Below are positions 54,812 through 64,000 of a DNA stretch of 64,000 nt, piece by piece; within the stretch, counting starts at the first letter, position 1, and the number at the start of each line of letters is the position of its first letter. The notes below the pieces were generated by a model. That model had not been told where the DNA came from and did not search any database. It was given only the letters and a program-made list of their open reading frames with translations. Source of the stretch: Candidatus Zixiibacteriota bacterium (lineage in GTDB: Bacteria; Zixibacteria; MSB-5A5; GN15; JAAZOE01); assembly GCA_036480375.1 (NCBI GenBank), contig JAZGGI010000008.1:3835-67834 (forward strand). The letters run 5' to 3'. The translations under genes were made by a program, and so were the position numbers.

Positions 54812-55426
54812 TCAAAGCAATAATCCGTTTATATAATAATCCAAAATGGCATCACCAACCCAATAGGTAATTATTGAGGAAAATACCAGGAAGGAGCCAA
54901 ATGGGATAGTTCTTATTTTTTTTCCAACTACAAGCATTTTCGCCACAGAAACATATAGAAGACCTAATATTGCGCCAATAAATAGCGTGATGAATATCCC
55001 CTGCCATCCAACAAAGAGTCCCAGCACTGCCGCCAGTTTTATATCACCTCCGCCCATAGCGGGTTTTCGAAATACTATTGATCCAATCCATTCAATTCCC
55101 AGAAATAAAACAAATCCGAATATTCCACCCAGAATTGAATCAAAGAAACTCGGCTGATGTGGAATAATCGCCAGAAATATCCCTAATATTGAATAAATAA
55201 CCAACAAATTATTTGGAATGATTTGAAATTTAAAGTCAGCAATACATACAATTCCGAATAAAATTGAAAGAAGTAGAACTCCCAATCCATTTTCAGATGA
55301 AATGCCACCAAAATAAATCAGCAAAGCCGGGATAATCCATAATAAGTCCAGAAAAACGAAAGCAGGTCTAAATGGAAGTTTGTGTTCAGATTGTCTTAAG
55401 ATAATTGCACTGAGATAATAAATCAT
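54812..55426 (-). CDS. Prepilin peptidase (A24 family), short form without the N-terminal Cys-rich methyltransferase region
   Basis: It has the first Asp box IADFKFQIIPN and the second Asp box MGGGDIKLAAVLG. It is 204 aa. Confidence 0.8.
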   Translation of the reverse strand: MIYYLSAIILRQSEHKLPFRPAFVFLDLLWIIPALLIYFGGISSENGLGVLLLSILFGIVCIADFKFQIIPNNLLVIYSILGIFLAIIPHQPSFFDSILGGIFGFVLFLGIEWIGSIVFRKPAMGGGDIKLAAVLGLFVGWQGIFITLFIGAILGLLYVSVAKMLVVGKKIRTIPFGSFLVFSSIITYWVGDAILDYYINGLLL

Positions 55427-55436
55427 TCTGAAAAGC

Positions 55437-56633
55437 CTACATTGTATTCATTAAATCAAAAAGCGGTAAGTACATGGCAACCAGAATAAAGGCGATGAAG
55501 ATACCAAGGAATACTATGATTAGCGGTTCAAAAAGGGTTGTGAGGGTCCCGATATCGTGATCGATTTCAGATTCGTAAAAATCAGCAGCCCTTTCGAGCA
55601 TTTTTCCCAGTTGCCCGGTTTTTTCACCGGCGGCTGACATGCGAATAAGAGTTTTGGAAAATATTTGATATTCACCAATGGCTTCGGTAAAAGATTTTCC
55701 CTGAGATAATGATTGCCCCAGTGATGATATCGTATTTTGAATATAAGCGTTTCCAGTTGTACGAATGGCCACATCAACAGAAAACAGAGTCGGTACGCCA
55801 GATTGCAATAGTGTTCCGAGTGTCCGGGCAAACCGAGCATTGATTATTTTGGTCAGGATTCGTTTGATTAGAGGAATTTTTAATTGCAGCATACTCAGGA
55901 AGTATTTTACACGATTATTAAAAAACGAAACAGTAATGAACGTTAATATCAGAATAAATCCAAAGCCAACAACTGCTATATTATCCCTAAGCCATTCACT
56001 GATAGATACAACATTTTGAGTCAGCTTTGGAAGTTCCGAACCGAAGTTTTCATACATCGAGGAAAATATCGGAATGATATATATAACCAGAACAAAGACA
56101 ACCAGAATTGTTACAGCAATTACAAGTAACGGATACGCGAGAGCCGAACGGATTTTCTTACTGGTTTCTTCAGAACGTTCGCGGTAAGTGGCAATACGAT
56201 CCAGCGATTTATCGAGAGTGCCCGAAATCTCTCCAGCCTCAATCATGGAAGTAAATAAGGTATCGAAAAATATGGGAAACTGCCGGAATGAGTCGGCAAT
56301 TGATTTACCCGATTCAACTGATGAGGCAATATCGTCAAGCATAGTTCCCAATGATTTGTCAGTTACTTGCTCTCTGACAGAGCGAATGGCTTCATTGAAG
56401 GTAATTCCTGATGATACCAGGGCCGAGAGTTGCCTAGTAATGCGAGTAATATCGTTTTTGCGAAGTTGCTTTGTAAGCCATTGAGAGATTGTACTTTTGG
56501 CGGTTCGGTGGCTTGATAGAAAAATCCCTTTGCTCAAAAGAGCTTTTTCCAGTTCACCGATATCTGAGGAGCGAAAAACCCCTTCCACCGGTTCACCGTT
56601 TACCTTTTTTCCTGTGTATAAGTATTTAGTCAT
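55437..56633 (-). CDS. Type II secretion / type IV pilus platform protein (GspF/PilC family)
   Basis: It shows the two-fold repeat architecture with three TM segments. The start at ATG 56633 (MTKYLYTGKKVNGEPVEG...) matches the usual family N-terminus, and the longer ORF-track start is unlikely. Confidence 0.85.
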   Translation of the reverse strand: MTKYLYTGKKVNGEPVEGVFRSSDIGELEKALLSKGIFLSSHRTAKSTISQWLTKQLRKNDITRITRQLSALVSSGITFNEAIRSVREQVTDKSLGTMLDDIASSVESGKSIADSFRQFPIFFDTLFTSMIEAGEISGTLDKSLDRIATYRERSEETSKKIRSALAYPLLVIAVTILVVFVLVIYIIPIFSSMYENFGSELPKLTQNVVSISEWLRDNIAVVGFGFILILTFITVSFFNNRVKYFLSMLQLKIPLIKRILTKIINARFARTLGTLLQSGVPTLFSVDVAIRTTGNAYIQNTISSLGQSLSQGKSFTEAIGEYQIFSKTLIRMSAAGEKTGQLGKMLERAADFYESEIDHDIGTLTTLFEPLIIVFLGIFIAFILVAMYLPLFDLMNTM

Positions 56634-56642
56634 ATAGTTAGC

Positions 56643-56671
56643 TTGACCGTCTATAATATTTATATTATACA
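56643..56671 (+). promoter_or_regulatory. Candidate promoter of the ATPase-secretin operon in the 52-bp divergent spacer
   Basis: TTGACC, a 17-nt spacer, then TATACA. The SD AAGGGG lies 3 nt before ATG 56686. Confidence 0.3.
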
Positions 56672-56685
56672 TATAAAAGGGGCTA

Positions 56686-58134
56686 ATGAAAAGATGCTTT
56701 TTTGAGGTTACCATGTCAGACTTGCCTGTCGGTTGGGACCGGTCATTTTGTGAAAAATACAAAATCTACCCGCGTTTAGGTCAACACGAGGTGAACGGCC
56801 TGTATCTGTCCTTGGATTCGGATTTATCAGTCGTGAGCTTTTTGAAATTCCGTGAGAAAAAAGACCTGGCGTTAATATATCTACAACAACAAGAATTTGC
56901 TAAGCGGGCGAGTGAGCTTTTTGGGTCTGAAATTAATAAGAAAAATCATAAAAGTTTTTCCCCGAGTGAGATTGGTCAGGATAAATCAATCATCAGACTA
57001 TTAGATGAAATAATTGGTAAGGGGATATCGGTCGGAGCATCAGATATACATTTTGAGCCGTTTGAAAAAAACATGGATTGCCGTTATCGCATTGATGGCG
57101 TGCTCCGTAAGGATCGGAATATCTCCGGCGAATCGGTTTCTGAAGTAATCGCTCGGATTAAGATTATGTCAGGATTGGATATTTCTGAAAAACGGCGCCC
57201 TCAGGATGGCCGAATCAGATTCAAAGCAGAAAACAGGACAGTAGATATTCGGGTATCGATTCTACCGACTGATTTTGGTGAGAAGGCAGTTCTTCGAATC
57301 CTTGATAAGGAGACACTGCGGCTTGATCTGAATCTTTTGGGATTAAGCAACTTGCAGCATGAACTTTTGGAAGGAAAGATTAAGCTTCCCAATGGCATGA
57401 TACTTGTGACCGGGCCAACCGGGTCGGGAAAAACAACCACCTTGTATGCGGTTCTAAATCGTCTGCGTAGTCCGAACGTGAATATCACAACTATTGAAGA
57501 CCCGATAGAATATAATCTTGAAGGGATAAATCAGACGCAGATAAAGCCGGAAATTGATGTAACCTTTGCCAATGCTCTGCGAGCGATATTGCGCCAGGAT
57601 CCGGATATTATAATGGTTGGTGAGATTCGCGATAAGGAAACTCTGGATCAGGCCATTCGGGCGTCACTGACCGGTCATTTGTTGCTATCAACCCTTCATA
57701 CCAATGATGCCATTGCGACAATAACTCGTATGATTGATCTGGGCGCAGAGAGCTATCTTCTGGGCTCGACTTTGAAATTGATAATCGCCCAGCGCTTGGT
57801 ACAAACAATATGCGATCATTGCAAACAACCGGATTCGTCCCCGGAACAAAGAGCCGCGGCATTAAAATTAGGAATTGATTCATCGGCTGAGCTATTTTCG
57901 GGAGCCGGTTGTACATTCTGTGGGAATACCGGTTATGTTGGCCGCAAAGCAATTTATGAGATGCTTCCGATTGATGAATCACTTGGAAATTTGATATCAA
58001 AGGGATGTACCGAAGCTGACATACGTCAATATACACAGGAACATGGCTATAAACGTCTTAAGCATGCAGGAATTGATTTAATAAAGGCCGGGGTAACTAC
58101 ACCAATTGAGGTTTTCAAAGCCGTGGCAATATAA
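56686..58134 (+). CDS. Type II secretion / type IV pilus assembly ATPase (GspE/PilB family)
   Basis: It has Walker A GPTGSGKTTT, Walker B DPDIIMVGEIRD, the His box LTGHLLLSTLHTND and the tetracysteine CDHC...CTFC. Confidence 0.9.
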   Translation: MKRCFFEVTMSDLPVGWDRSFCEKYKIYPRLGQHEVNGLYLSLDSDLSVVSFLKFREKKDLALIYLQQQEFAKRASELFGSEINKKNHKSFSPSEIGQDKSIIRLLDEIIGKGISVGASDIHFEPFEKNMDCRYRIDGVLRKDRNISGESVSEVIARIKIMSGLDISEKRRPQDGRIRFKAENRTVDIRVSILPTDFGEKAVLRILDKETLRLDLNLLGLSNLQHELLEGKIKLPNGMILVTGPTGSGKTTTLYAVLNRLRSPNVNITTIEDPIEYNLEGINQTQIKPEIDVTFANALRAILRQDPDIIMVGEIRDKETLDQAIRASLTGHLLLSTLHTNDAIATITRMIDLGAESYLLGSTLKLIIAQRLVQTICDHCKQPDSSPEQRAAALKLGIDSSAELFSGAGCTFCGNTGYVGRKAIYEMLPIDESLGNLISKGCTEADIRQYTQEHGYKRLKHAGIDLIKAGVTTPIEVFKAVAI

Positions 58135-58146
58135 GCGGGGAGGAAT

Positions 58147-60066
58147 ATGATACTTCGAAAAATTATACTAACTTCATTTATCGTTTGTTTTGCGTATTCT
58201 TTTAGCTTTTCGCAAGATGTTATAGATGATTCGCCAGATAATGTCAATACCAGTGTAGTCGATACTCTGGAATCAATGAATCTTCATACAATTATCGATA
58301 CTACGATAATGATTCCGCAACTGGAGTTTGTCGAAAATAATCTGGATGATGCCCTGAAAGCATTGGTGAGAGCTTATGAACTATCAGTTTTTATTGATAC
58401 TTCTGTCGCCGGGACGATCACATTGCGGCTTGATAATGTATCTCTCAATGACGCTTTATTGTTTATCATCAAGGAATATGCTCTGGCCTGGGAAAAAACC
58501 GGGGAGATAATTAAAATTTATAAACCGTTTCAACCTCCGCCGCCACCCGCTCCATTGGAAATTGTCATAGATAATGGTTTGTTAAACTGCAATTTGAAGA
58601 ATACTCCATTGCAAAAAGTAATTGACGAATTGATTGATCTGGCCGGAGTCAATATTATAATCGAGTCGGGAACTTCAGGAATTATCTCGGGTAGATTGCA
58701 GGGAGTTATGGTTGATAAGGCTCTCAATGTTTTGATGACTTCCAATGGTTTTACTATCCGGTCAGCAGACGGGATATATTATATCGGGGTAATGAGAACA
58801 TCCGGTGAAGGAGGACACAGGGCATCGAGATTTTCGATTCATTGTGATAATAATCTGGTTACTGTCAATGTCACGAATGCTCCTTTGGGTGATATCCTGT
58901 CGGCCATTGCCGATAATTGCGGAACCAGCTTTTTCATGCGAGGCACGATTGAAGGCAGCGTCAACGCCAGTTTTTCTGATTTGCCTTTGGATGACGCCCT
59001 TGTTTCTCTACTGCGAAATACTCAATACACTTATAAGAAGGACAATGATTTATATTTCATCGGGGCAAAAAATTCACAGGATATGTTTGTAACCAAATTG
59101 ATTCTGCTAAAGCATTTAGTAGCCAATACAATTGAACCGTTGATTCCAACATCACTGACAAGCCAGGTTTCGCTTAAAGTTATCGTGGAGCATAATGGTC
59201 TGATTGTTGTCGGCCCCAAAACTGTCATAGACGATATTCGGCTGTTTCTTGAAGAAGTTGATATTCCTCCAGCGATGGTACTATTTGATGTATTGGTGGT
59301 GGATTATTCGACAACCGATATATTTCAATTTGATCTTTTGATGAATAATACCGGAACGAGCGGTAATATTCCCACTCAGAATTATTATCCCAATATCGAT
59401 ATGAGCGGTACGGGAAAAACTCTGCAGGATGATTTAGATTGGGTAGGAAATCAAATTGGAGTATCCAAAATCGGCCCATTGTCAGATGACTTTTTTGCCC
59501 GCTTACAAATAATGCAACAGGAAGGCAAAGCCAATATCAGGTCACGACCGAAGATATCTTCGTTATGCGGTCATTCGGCATCGATAAATGTCGGTACGAC
59601 TCAATATTATCTGCTCGAAACAAAAATAGTTCACCCCTCCGCTCAATCTGATGTATCGACTCAAACTTCGCAAAGATTTGAAAAAATTGAAGCCAATATG
59701 AGTATTGAGGTAACGCCGTTTGTTAATGAAACAGGCGAGCTGATAGTCGAGATTAAACCGGAATTTTCGACTCCGGCTGCCGCCTTTGATTCTGAAATTC
59801 CCCCGACTATAAATCATCGCATTCTGCATTCGACAGTCAGACTCAGAAACGGAGAGACAATTATCCTTGGCGGTTTGGTCCAGGAAAGCGAGAACAAGAC
59901 GATAAAGAAATTTCCAATCCTGGGGTCATTACCTTTTATCGGGCCGTTATTCCAGAGTACCCATAAAACAACTAATCAGTCTGAATTGATGATTTATATC
60001 ACACCGCATGTTTATTATGGCAATGAACAGAACATTGATTTGGAAAGCTTGATTGATAGAAAGTAG
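58147..60066 (+). CDS. Secretin (GspD/PilQ family) with three tandem STN-like N-terminal modules
   Basis: The C-terminal secretin domain has ILGGLVQESENKTIKKFPILGSLPFIGPLF...LMIYITPHV. Three ~75-aa N-terminal repeats each end in ...DDAL/DKAL...Y(Y/F)IG. Confidence 0.85.
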   Translation: MILRKIILTSFIVCFAYSFSFSQDVIDDSPDNVNTSVVDTLESMNLHTIIDTTIMIPQLEFVENNLDDALKALVRAYELSVFIDTSVAGTITLRLDNVSLNDALLFIIKEYALAWEKTGEIIKIYKPFQPPPPPAPLEIVIDNGLLNCNLKNTPLQKVIDELIDLAGVNIIIESGTSGIISGRLQGVMVDKALNVLMTSNGFTIRSADGIYYIGVMRTSGEGGHRASRFSIHCDNNLVTVNVTNAPLGDILSAIADNCGTSFFMRGTIEGSVNASFSDLPLDDALVSLLRNTQYTYKKDNDLYFIGAKNSQDMFVTKLILLKHLVANTIEPLIPTSLTSQVSLKVIVEHNGLIVVGPKTVIDDIRLFLEEVDIPPAMVLFDVLVVDYSTTDIFQFDLLMNNTGTSGNIPTQNYYPNIDMSGTGKTLQDDLDWVGNQIGVSKIGPLSDDFFARLQIMQQEGKANIRSRPKISSLCGHSASINVGTTQYYLLETKIVHPSAQSDVSTQTSQRFEKIEANMSIEVTPFVNETGELIVEIKPEFSTPAAAFDSEIPPTINHRILHSTVRLRNGETIILGGLVQESENKTIKKFPILGSLPFIGPLFQSTHKTTNQSELMIYITPHVYYGNEQNIDLESLIDRK

Positions 60067-61303
60067 AGTTGTGTCAACTGCAATCAAATATTTGGGTTCA
60101 ATCTTAAAAGATTGTTTGCCTATCAGGCGGGCTCAATATTGTTTGATAATTGGTCCTGAATATTTCAGCTTTTTGCGAATAAATTCCAGAAAAGAAACAG
60201 ATATATATCTACAAAACAAGGTCGACGAACATTTTGATCAGGCTTTGGATCAATTTCTGAAGGACGTTAAAAATGGTAAACATTATTTTGGTCAGGATGT
60301 TGTCCTTTTAATTACCGAACCGGTAGCTTTCACACTTATAAGATCGCATGAAAATACTAACCTTGAGGATTTCAGAGAAGAGTGTAGAAAGCTTATTCCC
60401 GAGACTACTCAACAGGAATTTAGATTAATTAATATTGCCGGTAAGGGATATTATACTGTTTTCAGGATCGATGAAGAATATGTAAAATCATCACTCAAAA
60501 TCATTGATAAACATGATATCTTAATCAATCAGGTGATGCCATTATCTGGATTAATCATTAATGAATTTCAAAACTCTAATAATCTAAAACTTCAGAATTG
60601 TGAGTTTAAGCTAGGGATTTATCGTTGCGCATTTGGATTTGATCCGAATAAGCCATTCTATTTGGAATCAATCAAAGATAACAATCTGTTACAATCTTTA
60701 TGTCCGGAAGTTGAGACTGAAATTAAATCAGTATTCAATAATCCACTGCCACCTGTCGTGAAGAATGCATTTGCTCTTACCAATCTCATCCCCAAATCTG
60801 TACAATATCTGTTAATCGGCACTGGCAGTAGTCGTCTTATGACCTCAATTGTTGCGGTCTTACTAATATGTTTTACGATTCTTGCCGGTGTCTTTGCGGT
60901 TTTGAAAAATAATGCCGAGGATTCATACAATCAATATCAGAACAGCCTTGCCGAAATTAGTTCTGTTGAAAGCCAAATTCACAAAGTCGAACGAGAATTG
61001 GAATCGTACGATCAAGGAGTATTATTACATGCGAACTTTAGCGCTCATTTGTCAACATTTTGCCAGAGGATACCATCAGGTCTTCAGGCAATAGAGTTAA
61101 AAGCTGAAAGGAAAGATAGGGGCGAGATAACCGTTACTGCACACGGGAAAACACGCAGGGAGACATCGGTTTTCAGGTATCGGGATTATGTTTATGCAAA
61201 TTCCGGTAATCGACCGGTCGAAATCAGCAGTATCAGCAGGCTCAACTCACCCTATAACATGCCGGATAGTATTTGGTATCGTTTTACTATTACGATGAAT
61301 TAA
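60053..61303 (+). CDS. GspL-like / fused PilM-PilN-like assembly protein (architecture-level call)
   Basis: It has a ~260-aa cytoplasmic part, one TM (LMTSIVAVLLICFTILAGVFAVL) and a ~130-aa periplasmic coiled-coil part. The start is uncertain (TTG 60053 or GTG 60071). Confidence 0.4.
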   Translation: MIESRVVSTAIKYLGSILKDCLPIRRAQYCLIIGPEYFSFLRINSRKETDIYLQNKVDEHFDQALDQFLKDVKNGKHYFGQDVVLLITEPVAFTLIRSHENTNLEDFREECRKLIPETTQQEFRLINIAGKGYYTVFRIDEEYVKSSLKIIDKHDILINQVMPLSGLIINEFQNSNNLKLQNCEFKLGIYRCAFGFDPNKPFYLESIKDNNLLQSLCPEVETEIKSVFNNPLPPVVKNAFALTNLIPKSVQYLLIGTGSSRLMTSIVAVLLICFTILAGVFAVLKNNAEDSYNQYQNSLAEISSVESQIHKVERELESYDQGVLLHANFSAHLSTFCQRIPSGLQAIELKAERKDRGEITVTAHGKTRRETSVFRYRDYVYANSGNRPVEISSISRLNSPYNMPDSIWYRFTITMN

Positions 61304-61304
61304 G

Positions 61305-61796
61305 ATGAAAGTATTCAAATACAGACATCAAATTAGGATAATTGGACTTGCCATATTGATGGTATTGGTCGGTTATGCTTTAATTCTTCAACTAACTGGT
61401 TCGATCTTACTGGATTATGATATTGTATCTTCGGTTTCCGGAATATCAGATAATCCCGACGAAATCGTGCGGCGAATAGAAAACCTGAAACAAAGATTAA
61501 ATGATAAAAAGGAATTACTGGAAGTAACTCAGTCAAGGAAGAAATTTTCACAAGGGACTTTTCGAGAACTGGCCCAGTGGTTTAAGAGTAGTCTGGTCCA
61601 CATGGAAACAAGTAATTCAGCTGCAGATAATCATACTCGCTACACTGTGACATATTCCGGGAAGATTACGAATTTGTTAAATCTGTTGAATCGATTTGAA
61701 AATGGATATTTGATCAATATAGAAAAAGTGGTTCTGCACCCAGATAACAGTGACGGTAGTCAAGTTCGTATGACAATGGTGTTATCGACGCTATGA
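61305..61796 (+). CDS. GspM/PilO-like bitopic assembly protein (architecture-level call)
   Basis: It has an N-terminal TM (IIGLAILMVLVGYALILQL), a coiled coil and a small C-terminal domain. It is tightly packed in the operon. Confidence 0.4.
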   Translation: MKVFKYRHQIRIIGLAILMVLVGYALILQLTGSILLDYDIVSSVSGISDNPDEIVRRIENLKQRLNDKKELLEVTQSRKKFSQGTFRELAQWFKSSLVHMETSNSAADNHTRYTVTYSGKITNLLNLLNRFENGYLINIEKVVLHPDNSDGSQVRMTMVLSTL

Positions 61797-62272
61797 AATC
61801 AAAACGAATGAAGCAAATTGTTTTTGGAGTGCTGTTGATTGTCGCAGCCTATATTTGGTCTGATGTTTTTTATTTGTTCACTGGCTCGGAATATGATGCT
61901 GATAGGCAGATTAATCGGCAGAGTAATTTAGGAAGTGTGTCACAAACCTTGGAACCAATTGAATTTGCATCCCCAAAAGTAAATCCTTTCGCGATTAGGA
62001 CAACTTCATCAGTTCCAACAACACAAAAAAAGAACGAGACTCGCTCTCATAAACCTCCACCTGCTTCAACAAAACTGAGCGAATTATATACTTTGATTGG
62101 GGCAGTAAATCGACCTCCATATTCACAAATTGTTCTTCGTGATCGACAAGGAAAAAGCACTGTTATGGGTTTGGGCGATAGTCTTAGTACATGGCAAATT
62201 ACGATTATCGTTGCCGATTTTGCAGAATTTAGAAGCGGCAAATTTGTAGATACTTTGTTTTTGGTAGATTAA
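61793..62272 (+). CDS. GspC/PilP-like bitopic protein (architecture-level call)
   Basis: It has an N-terminal TM, a Pro/Thr-rich linker and a C-terminal beta-rich segment, YTLIGAVNRPPYSQIVLRDRQGKSTVMGLGDSL. It overlaps the previous gene by 4 nt. Confidence 0.4.
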   Translation: MKSKRMKQIVFGVLLIVAAYIWSDVFYLFTGSEYDADRQINRQSNLGSVSQTLEPIEFASPKVNPFAIRTTSSVPTTQKKNETRSHKPPPASTKLSELYTLIGAVNRPPYSQIVLRDRQGKSTVMGLGDSLSTWQITIIVADFAEFRSGKFVDTLFLVD

Positions 62273-62273
62273 T

Positions 62274-63644
62274 ATGATTAATCTGAAAAATCAAAAAGGC
62301 TCGGTTTTGGTTACGGCACTGGTTTCAGTTGCGGTTCTTCTCATTTTGTTTTTATCGGCATTCAGTTATGGGATCGGTCGTTACAGCGTCCATGTTAAAA
62401 ACCAGCATAAGATTCGGGCTCAATATTTGGCTGAATCCGGGATTAACCGCGCAATTCATCTGCTGGAGAATAATACAACCAAGATTGAAGAATTACATAA
62501 AGATTCGCTTCATGTTATAGTAGAAGATATTGGTAGCTTTACCGTTACCTGTCGGCCTTATGGCGGGTATCAACTTTTTAGCTCAATGGGGAAATCCGGA
62601 AGCCAGCAATCCAAGCTAACTGCAATTATCGGTATAGGTAACTCGCATTATACACAATATGCTATAACTTTGACCGATGAAAACTATCCGCTGACAGCAA
62701 CCGGCCACACAAAAATAACCGGTGATATTTTGACAGGAAATGTTCATTTAACCACAGGCCAAATAGACGGACGGGGAATTTATGATAAACAATTTCATGT
62801 CGGAAGGCATTTGATTGACCCTGTCGCATCGAAACTTAAATTATCAACCAGGTATCTACTGGATTACAAAGAATACGTTTTTCAAGAATTAAAAGATGAT
62901 GCACACCGTGTGACGACTTCACTACTACTAAATGCGGGCGACGAAGATTTCCTGAAAGAGAATCCTGTAGTTTATATAGAGGGTAATCTTGAGATTAATG
63001 GGTTGAAATTTAGCGCCAAAGATGAAACCGTTACAATCATGGTCAATGGTATGGCAGAAATCCGAGGCAATAGTCGATTGGAGGGCTTTATAGAGATATT
63101 GGCTGGGAAATGTATCCTAATAAATGATAGTTCAGTTATTTCAGGTGGTGTCTGTTACGGTGAAGATAGCCTTGTATTAAGCGATGATGTTTGGTTTTCA
63201 GGTCAGGCTATTACTGAAACTAATCTAATCGTCCGCGATAAGACATATATCAATTATCCTTCTCTGCTTTTATCTCTGGGGGATATTGAAAGAAATCAAA
63301 TCGACCATGCCGTAACTCTAAGTACAAGATATCCTATTTCAGCCTTGTGCATACTTATCTCAGAAGATACGCTGATAAATTACCCGCATGAGAATATCTA
63401 CGTTGATACAGGTTCTTCAGTCAGAGGTATCTTATGTTCATCTGATTATATTGATCTCAGAGGAAAAGTAATTGGGAGTGTGATGACAAGGAATTTCTGG
63501 TATGCCCAGCCACCGACAACATTTATCAATTGGCTTCGCGATATCAACATTAATCATGCAGAATTAGATTACAATCCGGTAATGCCGTTTGTTATTGACT
63601 CAATTTCAAATTATGGAATACTTGCAATGGATTACAGAAAATGA
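62274..63644 (+). CDS. Large GspK/PilX-like minor-pseudopilin-like protein with a beta-helix-like body
   Basis: The N-terminus NQKGSVLVTALVSVAVLLILF resembles the GspK/PilX class (no Glu+5). The remaining ~400 aa contain repeated short beta-turn units. Confidence 0.4.
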   Translation: MINLKNQKGSVLVTALVSVAVLLILFLSAFSYGIGRYSVHVKNQHKIRAQYLAESGINRAIHLLENNTTKIEELHKDSLHVIVEDIGSFTVTCRPYGGYQLFSSMGKSGSQQSKLTAIIGIGNSHYTQYAITLTDENYPLTATGHTKITGDILTGNVHLTTGQIDGRGIYDKQFHVGRHLIDPVASKLKLSTRYLLDYKEYVFQELKDDAHRVTTSLLLNAGDEDFLKENPVVYIEGNLEINGLKFSAKDETVTIMVNGMAEIRGNSRLEGFIEILAGKCILINDSSVISGGVCYGEDSLVLSDDVWFSGQAITETNLIVRDKTYINYPSLLLSLGDIERNQIDHAVTLSTRYPISALCILISEDTLINYPHENIYVDTGSSVRGILCSSDYIDLRGKVIGSVMTRNFWYAQPPTTFINWLRDININHAELDYNPVMPFVIDSISNYGILAMDYRK

Positions 63645-64000
63645 CTACTAATATCATTAAAAATCAGGATGGTGTGACAATAATTGAAGTCCTTGTCGGG
63701 GCGGTTGTTTTTATGATTGGTTTTTCGATATTGGTTTTTATGCTTAACCAAATGATTTCAAATTATTCGGTAAATGATTTGACCTCGGCTACTCGACTGG
63801 CAAGTAAATCGATGGAAATGACAATCACATATCAGGATACGATTTCTTACGACTCCACAATTAATGTTTCGAATATTGATTTTGGAGTTAAAAAAACAGT
63901 TCAAATTGATAATGATCTGGCAAAGATTTATATCAATGTTGCCAGGAGTTCAACCAAAAAGGAATTGTGCAGTCTTTATGGCGAGTTCATTTTTCGACAA
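63641..64000 (+). CDS. Prepilin-type (pseudo)pilin, 3' end outside the window (absent from the ORF track)
   Basis: My translation is MTTNIIKNQDG|VTIIEVLVGAVVFMIGFSILVF..., a class III signal with Gly-1 and Glu+5. Its ATG overlaps the previous stop (ATGA), and the frame is open to the window end. Confidence 0.7.
   Translation, partial: MTTNIIKNQDGVTIIEVLVGAVVFMIGFSILVFMLNQMISNYSVNDLTSATRLASKSMEMTITYQDTISYDSTINVSNIDFGVKKTVQIDNDLAKIYINVARSSTKKELCSLYGEFIFRQ

Larger units (their letters stand above)
53524..64000. mobile_element. Possible integrase-bounded genomic island (left end only; the right end would lie outside the window)
   Basis: The integrase sits at the boundary next to the 27-bp repeat. 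Composition is mixed: hand samples give 45-52% G+C in the integrase 5' part, pilC-like and ATPase genes, and 27-37% in the secretin and assembly genes. This is weak support. Confidence 0.25.

Overview
This is a 64-kb chromosomal window with about 60 genes, mostly on the minus strand. The host looks like an uncultured-type Gram-negative bacterium. Several secreted proteins end in T9SS-type sorting domains (NYPNPF... tails) or carry paired dockerin-like Ca-binding repeats. Genes show GGAGG-type Shine-Dalgarno sites and TTGACA/TATAAT-type promoters, and both TGA and TAG act as stops. Core content: rpsB-tsf-pyrH-frr, dxr-rseP-lepB-lepB, rplM-rpsI, pepA, aroC, miaB, trkAH, a fused E1 2-oxoacid dehydrogenase and an M1 aminopeptidase. 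Seven items deserve a second look. (1) A decaheme cytochrome / outer-membrane barrel / lipoprotein multiheme cytochrome trio (22.2-25.8 kb) is arranged like MtrAB/MtoAB/PioAB porin-cytochrome conduits but has a short barrel and a non-MtrC outer partner. A variant System I cytochrome c maturation operon (ccmABC-D-E-F, CcmE with CPSKY instead of HxxxY, no ccmGHI) sits 2.5 kb away. (2) A sharply AT-rich two-gene islet (1.2-3.8 kb) encodes a ParB/Srx-fold protein and a Dam-type methyltransferase. (3) A 151-152 nt inverted-repeat-bounded element occurs twice (3791-3942 and 32005-32155). The copies are 76% identical without gaps by hand count and show a compensatory stem change. (4) An exact 27-bp inverted repeat pair lies 49 kb apart, and one copy is about 100 bp upstream of a tyrosine integrase gene. 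(5) The integrase is followed by a T2SS/T4P-like cluster with unusual components. (6) A cobalamin riboswitch controls a btuB-like receptor and a dockerin-bearing beta-propeller. (7) Cohesin-like, dockerin-like and T9SS-tail modules are spread over several surface proteins. All calls come from reading motifs in the supplied translations and the DNA. No database, HMM or folding computation was possible, so family assignments are motif-level and functional ideas are hypotheses.
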